A stretch of DNA of 64,000 nucleotides, taken from the NCBI GenBank assembly GCA_001600815.1, contig BCKZ01000002.1, positions 558,001-622,000 of the forward strand. The letters are read 5' to 3'. Both the position numbers and the translations under genes were made by a program. Source of the DNA: Alloascoidea hylecoeti. Its lineage: Eukaryota. Numbering within the stretch: position 1 is the first letter of the stretch; the number at the start of each line of letters is the position of its first letter. The notes beneath the pieces are model-generated. The model worked only from the letters and a program-made list of their open reading frames with translations. It ran no database searches and had not been told where the DNA came from. Positions 35,261-47,266 of the stretch are shown here, in pieces.

Positions 35261-37827
35261 ATGTCAGGTGGCGGAAAAGTTAAGAAAACAAGAAACAGAG
35301 TCCCTACGTCCTGTAGTGTTTGTCGCAAAAGGAAAATAAAGGTATGCTGAGTCCTGTTATATGTTGTATATTTATAACTAATTATAAATATTTAAAGTGT
35401 GATAAAGGTCGTCCTCACTGCGAAAACTGTATATTGTCTGGTGTCACTCATTCCTGTTTATATGAAAAGCAGCCATGGGCTAAAATATCCCCAATTGGCC
35501 CTGTCTCTTCAAAATCTTTGGAACATGATCTTCTGGCTGAAAATGAAAGGTTAAAACTTCGTATTAGAGAGCTGGAAAACGCTACTGTTACTACTGGTTC
35601 TTCTTCATCGCTATCTCCCAGAACTGTTCAATCTTCTATCTCAAGTGGCTCTAATAGCTTTCCAAATTTGTTTGAAAACAGAAATATTAAGTTAAATAAT
35701 AGTTCTACGACAAGTCCTACTGATTTAAATGCTATCGTTAGCGAGAACGAAGGTAACAATGGCAAAAACGATGTAATTGAACTTACAAACAACTTTGATC
35801 GGTTATTTTTAAAAGAAGATAAAATGGTTCATTATGGTGCTACTAGTATAATGTCAATTATGTCAAACGATCCATATCTCACTGATATGTTTATGCCATA
35901 TATTAAGAATTTAAGAGAACAGGCCGAGAAGGCGAAAAACCAACATTTATTCAATTTATGTGGCGACATTGACAACAGCGACTTAAAAGAGCCTGATCTC
36001 CCAAAGAGTAATATTTTATACTCGACTGTAAGTTCAGCTGAACATGTTATAGATACTGTTGAAGCGATTCTCCCACCACGCAACATTTTTGATATGTTAA
36101 TGACTCGTTATTTTGAGGCTTGTTACACGTTCATGCCACTGGCTAGTCAACGCCCAATGATGATAGAAATAGGGAAAATCTTCAAAGGAGCTTTTAAAAT
36201 AAAATTGCATGTTGAATCTCAATTGGGATTTTGCTTGCTTGCTGAAGTTCTTGTTATGATAAGAATGGCCTACTTATCATTACCATATGATTTGGATGCT
36301 TCGATCGCGAAGGGAAGTGTTTATGACGCCAGTACAATATCTTTATGCCGCTCTGGATATCTAATAGGTCCGGAATTTATTGAAGCTGCTAAGCTATGTG
36401 TCTCTCAGACGTCAATATTGAAACGTGTTAATCTTGCATCTATCAAATGCTTACTATTTCTTCGTATATATAGATTATATGCCCCTGAAGATGGTGATGA
36501 AGGCTCTGAAAGTACGATTCTTTTTGGAATGATTATGCAAATGGGGAATAGTTTGGGTTTAAATAGAGATCCTTCAAAATTCTCCCTCATTAAAGATGAT
36601 GTCTTGCGCCATGTTTGGCGAAAAATCTGGTATGATATTGTATATTTGGATTCACTTCAAGCCCTTATAAATGGATCGACACCTTTAATTCATGATGATT
36701 CTTTTTATGATACTGAGCTTCCTTATGTGATTGATTCTGTAAAAGATGATGAAAGGGAAAAAAATATCATTAAATATTATAGGTTACAGAATGAATTATC
36801 AACTATTTTAAGAGAATCAATGAATCTTTGTTGCGATTTAAAACATCCCTTAAGAAGATCTCAACTTGAAAGTCAAATTTCGAAATTATCTTATTTTTTA
36901 CAAAATCAAATAAAACCTTTTGCATTCTATTTACAACCAAAGGATGCTGATATTACAATCAGAACAGTTAAAGCCCGTGAATTTTGTCTACGACTTATTG
37001 CAACGATGGCAATAAGTTTATATTATTACCTTTTATTTCTTACTTGTAATGAAACTAAACGTGAATTATCTCAAAAATTTGCGTTTAGGGCGTGGGAAGG
37101 AGCTCTTATTACTTTTCGAATAGCATTGACTTATGTTAAAACTGGTTATATTTACTTTGGTGCAGAATCTTTTATTGTTAAACCAACTATACTTTTGGTA
37201 ACACAATCAATGCTACAAATTATTTGTTCATTAACCTTACGACTTCATATGAATTTATTTTCTTGTACTAGACCCCCAGGTGGATTTGTCTCAGATGATG
37301 CTAGAGGATTGGATGAATGGATTAGAAGTGATAAAAATAATGGTGATAGTGGCACGACAATTTATGAGTATATCGAAGAGTTTTATGCAATAGTTTCAAA
37401 ATGGTCATATAAATATTTCCGATTTTGGCGAGTTGGTCAAGCTATTAATATTTTTATAAAATATGTGAAGGAAAAGTATCCATTATTAATTGATGATGGA
37501 ACAAATTATGGAGTTGACTTTTCAGAAAATGATAAACTCATGAAGAATCCAATAAGTACTCCGGATTTCTTTTCAAATACTAATAATGCTGAAACTCCTG
37601 ATATTAACTATGATGCAGTAAATAATATGGATCTTGATTTTTTTGCCGATAATTTATGGTCACAGTATCTTGATCCAACTGGGACTAGTTTCTTTGATTA
37701 TTTCTCACCGAATTTAAACATTCAGTTACCAAATAATGTTGATAATAATATAGGCAGTCAACCAACTCAAAATGATAATGGAAAGTCTACTTCCGATAAC
37801 GAAATGTATAATTTGTTTAATGAGTAA
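35261..37827 (+). CDS. Zn2Cys6 transcription factor with fungal TF middle-homology region; exons 35261-35341, 35398-37827
   Basis: Intron 35342-35397 (GTATGC...ACTAAT...AAG) joins RNRVPTSCSVCRKRKIK|CDKGRPHCENC...C. MHR motif GLNRDP...RKIW. Confidence 0.9.
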
Positions 37828-38657
37828 TTTATAATGATTTTTAAAGGTTTTAGTACTATTGATTAGCATATATATTTTTATTTTCCCCTTTCATTATTAT
37901 TAAATTATCATATCTTCACTTGTGATATCGCTTGCAATATTTTTTAATTCAAAATTGCTGTACATAGATATAGCTTTAGTACTTACAATCATATTTAATA
38001 TTAACGAATATATCTTATGAATTAAAATAAAAAAGCATTAATATTCGAACAAATCATGATACTATCGCTACTTCATATTAAAGCGATATGCTCGTTCAAA
38101 GATACCACGCCTCCAATATGTTCCAGAGAAGCCACCACGGCTAATATATTATATAAGAAAGCTACAAAGTCATTATTCTCTCGAGCTCAACTAAAATGGA
38201 CATACGGTAGGTAATAGCTTCTTTTCAAAGCATTATTAGATGGCAGACCATTTGCACAGATTCGGGTTGAAATGTAACTAAAAATCTCGTATATAATATA
38301 GTCAACCAAGGTTTAAAAGAGAAGAGATGGCTATAGGATTATATACGTAATGTGGGCATAGGAAACATGAGGTGAATTTGTAAAATGAAAAATTGTAAGA
38401 AGATACTCCTCTTATTATAGCTGGTGCTAGTGTGTTCGTATATTGACATAATAATGTTAATGTAACATATATTAACAGTTCGACATAGAATTGAAAGCCA
38501 AATATATAATCATATTAACTAATATTATGATAAAGTGAAAACAGCATCAACTGTGATTAACATCTAAAAATTTCCAATATTTACATTCTCCAATTAACAG
38601 TAATAGCTTATATATACAATAGATTAAGGATACTAACACTTTGAACTTTTTATCTCC

Positions 38658-39386
38658 TTATAGATTTGGGGGTAGCATAACCCCTGCTACTTCGTGAGGT
38701 CTTTCAGTAGCAAGAAGATCAAAGTTGGAGGCAGCATTCAACTATTATATAAACACATTAGAATTATCATAAAGTCCTTATCATATCGTATCATGCTGAG
38801 TTTTAAAGCTTCTTATTATACATACCGTATTTGATATCTCTAGTCTTAATCCCAATCCTGCTAGAAAATTCCTTGTCTTAGGGCCCAATATTCTCGCTTT
38901 TTTTCCTAACCCAAAAACTACCAAATCAGGTTTGGGATGTATAAGACGGAATAAACCCAGAGCATCTTCATCAATTTCTACAATACCCTTATCTAGTCCC
39001 TTGACGACACATTTATCTTTCTCATTCAGATCCGCTAGATTCCATTTTAAGGCCGTTCCACCAATCAAAATCATACCAATTGGCTCATTTTTAGCATTAG
39101 GGCTTGTTATTTGTATCCCAGAAGATAGTGCAAATCCATTCTCCAGAACACTATCAATATTATTTGGAGGTTTAGCTAAAACATCAAACATGTCGAGGTT
39201 TGGTAAAGAATTAGGGCCGTAATCTTGTGGTTGATGATCAACAAGTCCATCATCAAAATCTTCAAAATCCTGTTTGCGTTGTTGTATAATAGTCGAATGA
39301 TGAAATGTTGAGCATTGAAACGAAGTACCCGCTTTAAGGCAGGTCGATATCTGACGTTTCAGGTTGGCTTTGAATACTGTAATCAT
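38658..39386 (-). CDS. NDUFAF3: Complex I assembly factor NDUFAF3 (Mth938 domain); exons 39386-38826, 38741-38658
   Basis: PKPDLVVFGLG; intron 38825-38742 restores T|LNAASNFDLLATERPHEVAGVMLPP. Confidence 0.85.
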
Positions 39387-39666
39387 TTAAATTCAGCTAT
39401 TTCAAACGTTATAAGCAAAGTATAGCTAGAAGGTTTGTTATACACATATGCATGCTGAAATAAACACTATCAATATTTAAAATTTGGTTAAATATTATAC
39501 CAGGCTTCAGCATATTCCAAACACAAATCTAGTCTAAAAATTAGTATTATTGTTGCTCTTTTTAAAAAATCATGCCTCTTATTTCAGCGTATACTTATAT
39601 AAAACGAGTAATGAGTATCCTAAACATGAATACTATCGTGAAGTTTGGAATAACGTAAAGCCATTA

Positions 39667-39738
39667 GCTCCATTGGCCAAATGGTAAGGCATCTGCCTCC
39701 TAAGCAGAAGACTGCGGGTTCGAGTCCCGTGTGGAGTG
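39667..39738 (+). tRNA. tRNA-Arg(CCU)
   Basis: Cloverleaf: acceptor GCTCCAT/GTGGAGT, anticodon arm TCTGC-CTCCTAA-GCAGA, T arm GCGGG-TTCGAGT-CCCGT; downstream T6 terminator. Confidence 0.95.
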
Positions 39739-40390
39739 CTTATTTTTTGAATAAAATTTCGATCACTTTTCAGGTCATTGGCTGCTTCATTCAAAGCTTT
39801 GTTCTGAATCACTTAGGTGCTACGGACATAAAAAGAAAAAGAGGAAAGATGTACACATGTACAAATGATATCATTTGATAGTATTGATTGAGTGAAAGTA
39901 GGAAATGGTGACATTAATACCATAAAAAGTAGCAACATTACTCAAAAAGAGTGAACCTATATAACATTAGTAATAGGTTTTTTTTATTTTCACAATTTTT
40001 TGGTTGTTATAAATATATAGTATTTATAGATATAGAAGTTTAAGATAGCCTTAATGGACACTTGAAAAAAAAAAAACATTCTCCGGCAGTGGATCAATCT
40101 AAAGGTAAATTAGAAAAATGTATCCTATGCTTACAAAACGGTACTGAAACAGAAACATGTCTTTAACTGTTACTATAATATTTAACTCGCTCGTTTATTG
40201 GAAAAGATCTATGCTTGAATGATTTGATTTGCCCACCCTTGTAAGATTCTCAGTTTATAAAACACATAAGCTTTAGTGTGGACGTAATATGGTAAATACG
40301 GGTCCTTAGACGCTTTAGTTCCACTAATTTAACAATATTGGAGTCCTCATCAATTATTAAATTGGCGAATATGGAAAAACGAAAATTAAT

Positions 40391-41100
40391 TCAAAAATTC
40401 AAATAAAGTAGATGATCATGTTAGAAATTCGTTTCGTGGCACAGTGGTTGAATGTTTTGCATCAATCCCAAATCGAAACCAGCTACATGTATTGCCAGTA
40501 TAGGCCCTAGCTAGGGAGAGTTTTAGTTGGTATGGCCTAAAGTTGAGTTCTGCACTGTTGAACAGTTGCTCGATCTTTGTCCATAATCTCATTTCCCACC
40601 CATTAACCCGGGCCCGGTTAGTTAACTGGAAACGGCGAAAGCTGCTCCTCGGACCCAAAAATCGAGACTTTGTAGAACCAATTATAAGACTATACACAAC
40701 AGTGTAACTTTATACGAACTTTTTCTCTTCAATTCTTTTTATCCTCTTATAGATTAGTATAGTTAATTAATTAATAATAGTAACAAAAAAAGTCTTGGGA
40801 TTACTCCCCATATAATAAACCTTATAAAGTTAGCACGATCGTGTTTTTTGTTAGTCCCAAGATCTGACTTTACGAAGCCGTGACAAGTTACATCCCAATT
40901 GCTTTTAAAGAGATACGTGTTCTACGCTTCCGAATATCTATCAAATATAGGTCTATATGTATTTTACCATTGACCAACTATTTGCAATGAATATATATTT
41001 ATTTTAAATGTAGCCCGGGCATGAAGCTCAATAGTTAAAAAATGAACTACCAAACGATTAATCGGGTTCTCACTTTCGAACGGATACATCAAACACTCAA
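40391..41100 (-). ncRNA. Candidate large structured ncRNA (identity unresolved)
   Basis: Nested long-range complementary segments, several completed by G-U pairs on the minus strand; Sm-like AAUUUUUGA at 40399-40391; no convincing ORF. Confidence 0.4.
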
Positions 41101-41272
41101 TTTCTTAAAAAAATATCTATAAACTAAAAAACTTAGCTTATAAAAAGAAAAATCAAATGTATAATTTGTGTTTAACATGCAAAACGCATGTAAACTTGAT
41201 CCGTCCTTGTGAGAAAAGGAAAAGAAACTGAAGGAAACTACAAAAAAGTGTTTTTATTAAATTTCGTCAAAG

Positions 41273-41297
41273 CCGGGTAATGATTGAATAATTAGGG
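41273..41297. promoter_or_regulatory. Reb1 (CCGGGTAA 41273-41280) plus Tbf1 core (TTAGGG 41292-41297)
   Basis: Exact motif matches between the ncRNA candidate and HSH49. Confidence 0.5.
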
Positions 41298-41369
41298 CCA
41301 TTTTTGAAATTTGAGTATAATATTGTTACAACCTAATATTTGATATAAACATAAAGAAAATATATATCT

Positions 41370-42104
41370 ATGGCACAACGGGAGTCGGAACGAAATCAAG
41401 AGGCTACTGTCTATATTGCAGGGATAGCTGATGAAGCTGATGAAGCTTTAATATATGAATTAATGGTTCAAGTCGCTCCAATTGTTGTCGTTAATTTACC
41501 GAAGGACAGAATTTCTCAATCCCATCAAGGATATGGATTTGTTGAGTTTAGAACCGAAAAGGATGCTGATTATGCAGTAGCAATAATGAATGGTGTAAAA
41601 CTATATAACAAGATCTTGAGAGTCAAGAAGGCGACAGCCGATAAACAAAAAGGTATTGATGTCGGAGCAACATTATTTATTGGTAATTTAGACCCATTAG
41701 TTGATGAACAGACATTACACGATACTTTTAGTAAATTTGGAAACTTTATACGGCATCCAACTATTATTAGAGATGAGGAAGGGATATCTAAAGGTTACGG
41801 TTTCATCTTATATGATGATTTTGAAAGTTCGGATAAAGCTTTAGAATCAATGAATAATCAATACCTAATGAATCGAGCCTGTACTATTTCATATGCCTAT
41901 AAGAAAGATGGAAAGGGAGAAAGACATGGAGATGCTAGTGAGAGAATGCTAGCTGCTCGGGCTAAAGAGAATGGTACTTTACCTACTTTAGAGACTAATG
42001 GAGTAGGAGGTGGTGCTAATTCAATTCCATTGAATACCAATAGAACACCGGCACCGGCACCAGACCCTGTGTATCTGAATGGATCAGCGCTATTCAGAAT
42101 GTAA
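41370..42104 (+). CDS. HSH49: U2 snRNP SF3b subunit Hsh49/SF3B4
   Basis: ERNQEATVY...LPKDRISQSHQGYGFVEF; second RRM; YAYKKDGKGERHG. Confidence 0.95.
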   Translation: MAQRESERNQEATVYIAGIADEADEALIYELMVQVAPIVVVNLPKDRISQSHQGYGFVEFRTEKDADYAVAIMNGVKLYNKILRVKKATADKQKGIDVGATLFIGNLDPLVDEQTLHDTFSKFGNFIRHPTIIRDEEGISKGYGFILYDDFESSDKALESMNNQYLMNRACTISYAYKKDGKGERHGDASERMLAARAKENGTLPTLETNGVGGGANSIPLNTNRTPAPAPDPVYLNGSALFRM

Positions 42105-42801
42105 GGGTAGTAAATACACAACCTCCTCCTTTTTAAAGTGATTATTCATGGTTATCAAAATTCGATCACAATCTCATTTAATGTTATGATAGTTTATGTA
42201 GTATACCAGGCCTGTAGGTATCAAAAATCTATAAGGTTATGTGTGTCAGAATTAATATGAATTTTTAATACATGTAATGGTTATGAAAATATAATTGGTC
42301 TGCAAACGAAAAGATCACTGATAGTGCATCTTTGGACTCGTCCATAAATGAGGCAATATTTGCGAGCACATCAATTCCAAAAGAAAAGTTTTTACTATGC
42401 TACCACATTCACCATTATATATATAATCACAAACTTAAGTGTATGTTTTTTATAATTACTTTTAAAATATTTATTTTACATAATTTTGGAACACAGAATT
42501 AAAGTTTTAAGCAGAAGTCAAGTATGAAAGATCTAAAAATTTCCACCCGAATTTATATATAATTATAAGTTTGAACTCAAGCTTAATATAATTATACCTA
42601 GTCATACTATTTACAATGTATTAATTGGTAGTATCTAATACAAAACTGTTAATATGTCGAGATTAAGTATTTAATTATAAAAAGAAACAAAATTTATAGC
42701 CTTCATATCACAATGATTAAAGTATTACTATATACAACATTATAATCATTTAAAATCATCAAAAGACGATATAAGGTAACTGTAGCAGTAATTTTTTTGC
42801 T

Positions 42802-43122
42802 TCAATTGATTCTCTTGCTTATTTGTTCCCATTGGACCTGTCTTGTGATTTTTCTGGTACCAGCCATGCTCATTCCTTCATTTTCACTACGAATCACACT
42901 TCCAACACTCATGAATAGTCCAAAGGTAGCAGCTGATCCAGCAATATATTTCCCTAATGTTCTCATAAAGCCATCTGGACCTGGACCATTTTGTAGAATT
43001 GCATAACCACCAAATAGAACTCCGGTTACAACACCAACCGTTGTTCCCATAGCGAGACCCATTTTAAACTTATCCCAGTTTGAGGGGGCAGCCCCGTATT
43101 GAACTTGTTGAACTGGTGGCAT
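42802..43122 (-). CDS. MGR2: TIM23 subunit Mgr2/Romo1
   Basis: [14 protein letters not shown]...[17 protein letters not shown]. Confidence 0.93.
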   Translation of the reverse strand: MPPVQQVQYGAAPSNWDKFKMGLAMGTTVGVVTGVLFGGYAILQNGPGPDGFMRTLGKYIAGSAATFGLFMSVGSVIRSENEGMSMAGTRKITRQVQWEQISKRIN

Positions 43123-43326
43123 TGTATATATTGTATTGATAATTGGTTATAATGTAGGGGTTTAAATGATTCTCAATAAAATAGAAGGTGTGTTTAAAAA
43201 TTGCAATTGGATGATTCTTAAAAATAAAAGAAACTAATTACTAATATGTCACGTTGTGTTACGTAATAATATAAATTTACTTTAAATTATTTATTTTTTT
43301 CTGAATATAGGAAAACATAAATCAAA

Positions 43327-43737
43327 TCAATTCCAATCATCATCACTGTCGCTCTCAGTAGTTTTTCTACTAAATACAATCTTCGTTTTCTGGTTGGAAC
43401 GGTTTAATGAAGAAAGGAGTGCAACCAATTGGTCTTCGGTTACTTGACTGCGGATTTGGCCTGTTTGTGCCATTCGTGTTAATTGTTGTTGCACAAGAGT
43501 AGCTTGTTCTGGTCTGACTAATCGGATTCTAGAAAGGCGCTCGCGTGCTCCAGGAGTAAGGATACTGCTAATAGTTCTATAATAATATGTTAGAAATTTC
43601 ATTCATCACTAAATATTGGAAGTAGTGAAGACTCACTCCTGTGCTGCCGACTCCTGAGAACCTTCTTGAGGTTGGCTTTGTTTTTGCAGTTCTGCTAATC
43701 TTGCAGCTCTAATTGCTTGTAGCTCGCTGTCTTCCAT
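43327..43737 (-). CDS. SDD2: PDCD5/Sdd2 dsDNA-binding protein; exons 43737-43637, 43576-43327
   Basis: MEDSELQAIRAARLAELQ; intron GTGAGT...CTAAC...TAG; ILTPGARERLSRIRLVRPE. Confidence 0.9.
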
Positions 43738-43894
43738 AGTGAATAATTTCGTAGTAGAACTTATGAGGAAGTGTGGTTCATTTGCAATATCAATCAATAT
43801 TGATGGTTGTGTATGATGGTAACTACTCTTGCGTGATGCGATTTACTTAGAAGAAATTAATGGAAATTATATAAAATATACAAATTTATTTGGT

Positions 43895-46438
43895 TTAATG
43901 CTTCTTTTTTCCCTTTATCCTCTTTAGTGCTCTCTGTTCTTTTTTCATAGTACCATCAACCATCTTATACCGGCCTTTAACACCTTTAGGTCTTCCACTT
44001 AAACCTCTATTTCCACCTCTGGCAACGACTACAGTAACCTTCTGTCTTTCAGGTTTCTTGCCCGTTAATTTCTTCATTAATTTACCAATTTCTTCAGACT
44101 TTTCTCTTTCTGATTTATCATGGTCATCATTGATGATATCCGATTTTTTCTTCAACTTGGCTAATCTTTGGGCTGCTTTGAACTTCTTTCTTGCCTTTGC
44201 TTCAGCCACCTTCTTAATTGGTCTTGCATTCAATGTTCTTAATTTCGTTTTAATCGCATCAACTGCTTCTTTTGTGATTGGTTTTATTATTCTTGAATGC
44301 TTATTCTCATCATCAAGAAACCAGTCCGGTAATCCATCAACGTCTCTAAAAGTATACCTGTTGAAAGCATCATTAATAACATCGTGCTTTGTTCTTTGAC
44401 CAAGAGCCAATTGATGGGCTAAAGTCATTGCTTCCTCACTAACGATATCAACAGATGGACCCGAATCCTGTTCTTCATTTTCTGATTCATCTGTTTCTTC
44501 AACATCATTTTTATTAGTTTCAAACCCTGAATCTGAATCCGAATTTGAATTAAGTTCAGAAGCGGCTCTAGTATTGGATGATAATTTCTGATTTCGGAGT
44601 TGTTTTTTAGAAAAAACTTTGGATTTAGAGGTTGTGATTTTATTAACCTCAAGACTCTCTGTTTCATCCAATTCATCAAACACAGAATCACTAAAGAACA
44701 TAGCCGCTTTTGAACTTAATGGACCATCATGCTTCTTTTGCAATGTAGTAATTAAACTTTTCACACTGACTTCATCATCTTCAGAGTCTGAGTCGGAATC
44801 ACTTTCAGCATCAGCGACTTCATCGTCATCACTTTCCTCATCACTTCCCTTTTCAGTAATACCACTCCATTCTTCATCGTTGACGTCACCTCTGGCTTTC
44901 TTTGCTCTATATTTTGAATCTCTTTCAGAAACACGTTCTTTATAGCTTTCGTACATTGTATCCAACTGACCTTCTAAATCATCTAATAAATTTTCATCGT
45001 CAGAATCAATAAATTCAGCATCGGCCTCTTTCTTTGATTCCTCATCAATATGAATATCATCAGGCAAATCGCTTTGTTGTAAAACCATTGATTTTTTACC
45101 CTTTGCTAGTTGATCTAAAACACCAGTTTTCTCAGCTTGTTTCAAATCAAATAACATATCCTTACCAATATCACCATCATCAAGACCAATTTCCAATGGA
45201 GAAATCATATCCATTTGAACTCTAGTTATTTCTTTCGTTCTCGTTTCATTCTTTCTCCTTTTCTCTCGTTTTCTTTTTAAACGATCCTTTTCTTGTAGAT
45301 CATTTAGTTCTTTTTCAATTTTTTCATCTTCATTTAATTCTTCAACTTCTAGCTCCTTGTCATCTTTTTTATCAAGTTCTAATTTTGCCCTTGAATGTTT
45401 CCTCCATGTTAAAATTAATTTGAAATCCTTTTTACCTAAAACCTTTAAATCTTTTAAACATTCTAATAATTCTTTTGTCGTTGTTTTTAAAGTTTTGATT
45501 TCTTTCCACTGTGGGTCCGTTTTATCAATTGTTAATTGATTATAAGTGCCTAGTATATTGATCGGTTCTTCGTCTTTTATAAAGTCTAAAACTGGGATTG
45601 TTTTAAACTGTGTATAATCACCCTCGTCATAACCTTCTCTTCTTCTCTTCTTTTTCTCTGGATTGAAAACTTTTGCTTCGTTGTTTGCTGGACCTTCTGC
45701 CATTTCTTCAAAAACCTCTTTTGGATCTAATAATCTTGGATCAATCTTTTTGGGAGCTTTGAATTCTCTACAAACAACGAAAATTTCAGCAGAAACATTT
45801 CTTGAAGATGGTGGTTTTGTTGCTTCAACTTTACCAAAGAATTGTTGAAATAACCACATTAATTTGTTATAATCTTTTGATCTGAAAACTTTTGTTATAA
45901 ATATACCATCCTTTCTTAAAAATTCAACAGCTAATTTCAAAGATTGTAAGACTAATTGAGATTGTGTAAAAGCATCTTGAACCCAGTTCAAACCAACATT
46001 AGGTGCACCATCGTGTAAAACACAATCAGCTTTCCAAGTTTTCATATAGCCACGCAACTGAGATTTGCAATGGTCCGTTGTGATATCTGATTGAAACGTA
46101 ATAACATTAGGTATTGTTTTAATTGGTACTAAATCAACACCAATAATCAAAGAATTTATTGGGCATAGTTTTGTTGCGACCTGACACCAAGAACCTGGAG
46201 CAGCACATAAATCAATAACAACTTTTGATTTTTCTAAAAAATGGCCAAATTTTTCATTGATTTGAATGATTTTAAATGATGAACGAGCTCGATAACCCTA
46301 TATGAAAAGTTTTTTTTAAGTTAATATATTTATTATTTATTATAAAAGTAATGAGATTTGAGAACATACTCTTTCTTTCGCAAGTTTATAATACTGATCT
46401 AAACGACCTTTTCCATTTTTCTTCTGAGTCTTACCCAT
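43895..46438 (-). CDS. SPB1: 27S pre-rRNA 2'-O-methyltransferase Spb1; exons 46438-46370, 46297-43895
   Basis: MGKTQKKNGKGRLDQYYKLAKER|GYRARSSFK; IDLCAAPGSW; LHDGAPNVG; KPPSSRNVSAEIF. Confidence 0.96.
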
Positions 46439-46491
46439 TATTAGCAGTAATACTAGTAATAAAAAAGTGAATAGAAAAAAGAACTTTTTAA

Positions 46492-46523
46492 GATGAGTTT
46501 TTCACACAAATAAAAAAATTTCA
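46492..46523. promoter_or_regulatory. PAC core (GATGAG) and RRPE-like element upstream of SPB1
   Basis: GATGAG at 46492-46497 and AAAAAATTTCA (reverse TGAAATTTTTT) at ~46513-46523, as expected for a ribosome-biogenesis gene. Confidence 0.45.
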
Positions 46524-47266
46524 AAACACCCAAACATCCATATTAGATGCATAAGTTAAGTGGATGTTGTGAGAAAATTTAAAGCTTTAATTGTATAATT
46601 AAGCTAGCTATAGCATCTTATAGGGTAATAGCCATGGATATTCCATATGATAGCCCGAATTATTATTCTATATTTGTGAAATATTGATCAGTATCTATAA
46701 CTAAGCGACGTTACAAAGCGTTCATCTCCAATTGACAAGCTAGACTACCGCCAATTGAGTGGGAGGACCATCTTCAGCCTTACTAACAATATTAAAGTGT
46801 GAAATCAGTAATTTATTACTCTCAGTTTTAGAAGCTGTCCCTCCTCATTCACACTTGATTTAAAATTTAAACCTCAAGTAGAACGTTCACACGCAGATAT
46901 TCTTACAATGGAAATATTATAAACGGTGCTATTGCTATTTTGCATCATAATGAGCAAAGCTTTCTCTTACCTATGTAGTTGTCTGAATAACTAAAATTAG
47001 AATGTATCAAATTAGCAGAGTGTAACTCACTTAAAGATGCTTCTACCGAACAAGTCTCCCACTTTCGTTCACATTATCAATCTGATCTTATTATGAAATT
47101 GGTCTAATTTTATTGCCAATTATGGTCGATTTGTGTATGAATTATAATAAAATTTTACGGTTAGTCCATTTGTTTTGAACGATTGGTGCAATTTTTTGGT
47201 GTTAACGTCAGCCCATTTGTATGTGATCATATTATAACAAGGGCTAGTAGACTTTTACCTCCTATT

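Noticed and set aside
39681..39878. 65-aa ORF
   Set aside because: It overlaps tRNA-Arg and is spurious.
40416..40697. 93-aa ORF on the minus strand
   Set aside because: Non-ATG start, no recognisable family, and it overlaps the structured-RNA candidate.
40436..40710. RNase P RNA or SRP RNA on the plus strand (GTGGCACAGTGG start, P4-like AGTTTTA/TAAGACT, GAAA tetraloop)
   Set aside because: No CR-II AGARA, CR-IV or P1/P7 pairing, and no SRP helix-8 or Alu UGUAA motif. The resemblance is partial only.
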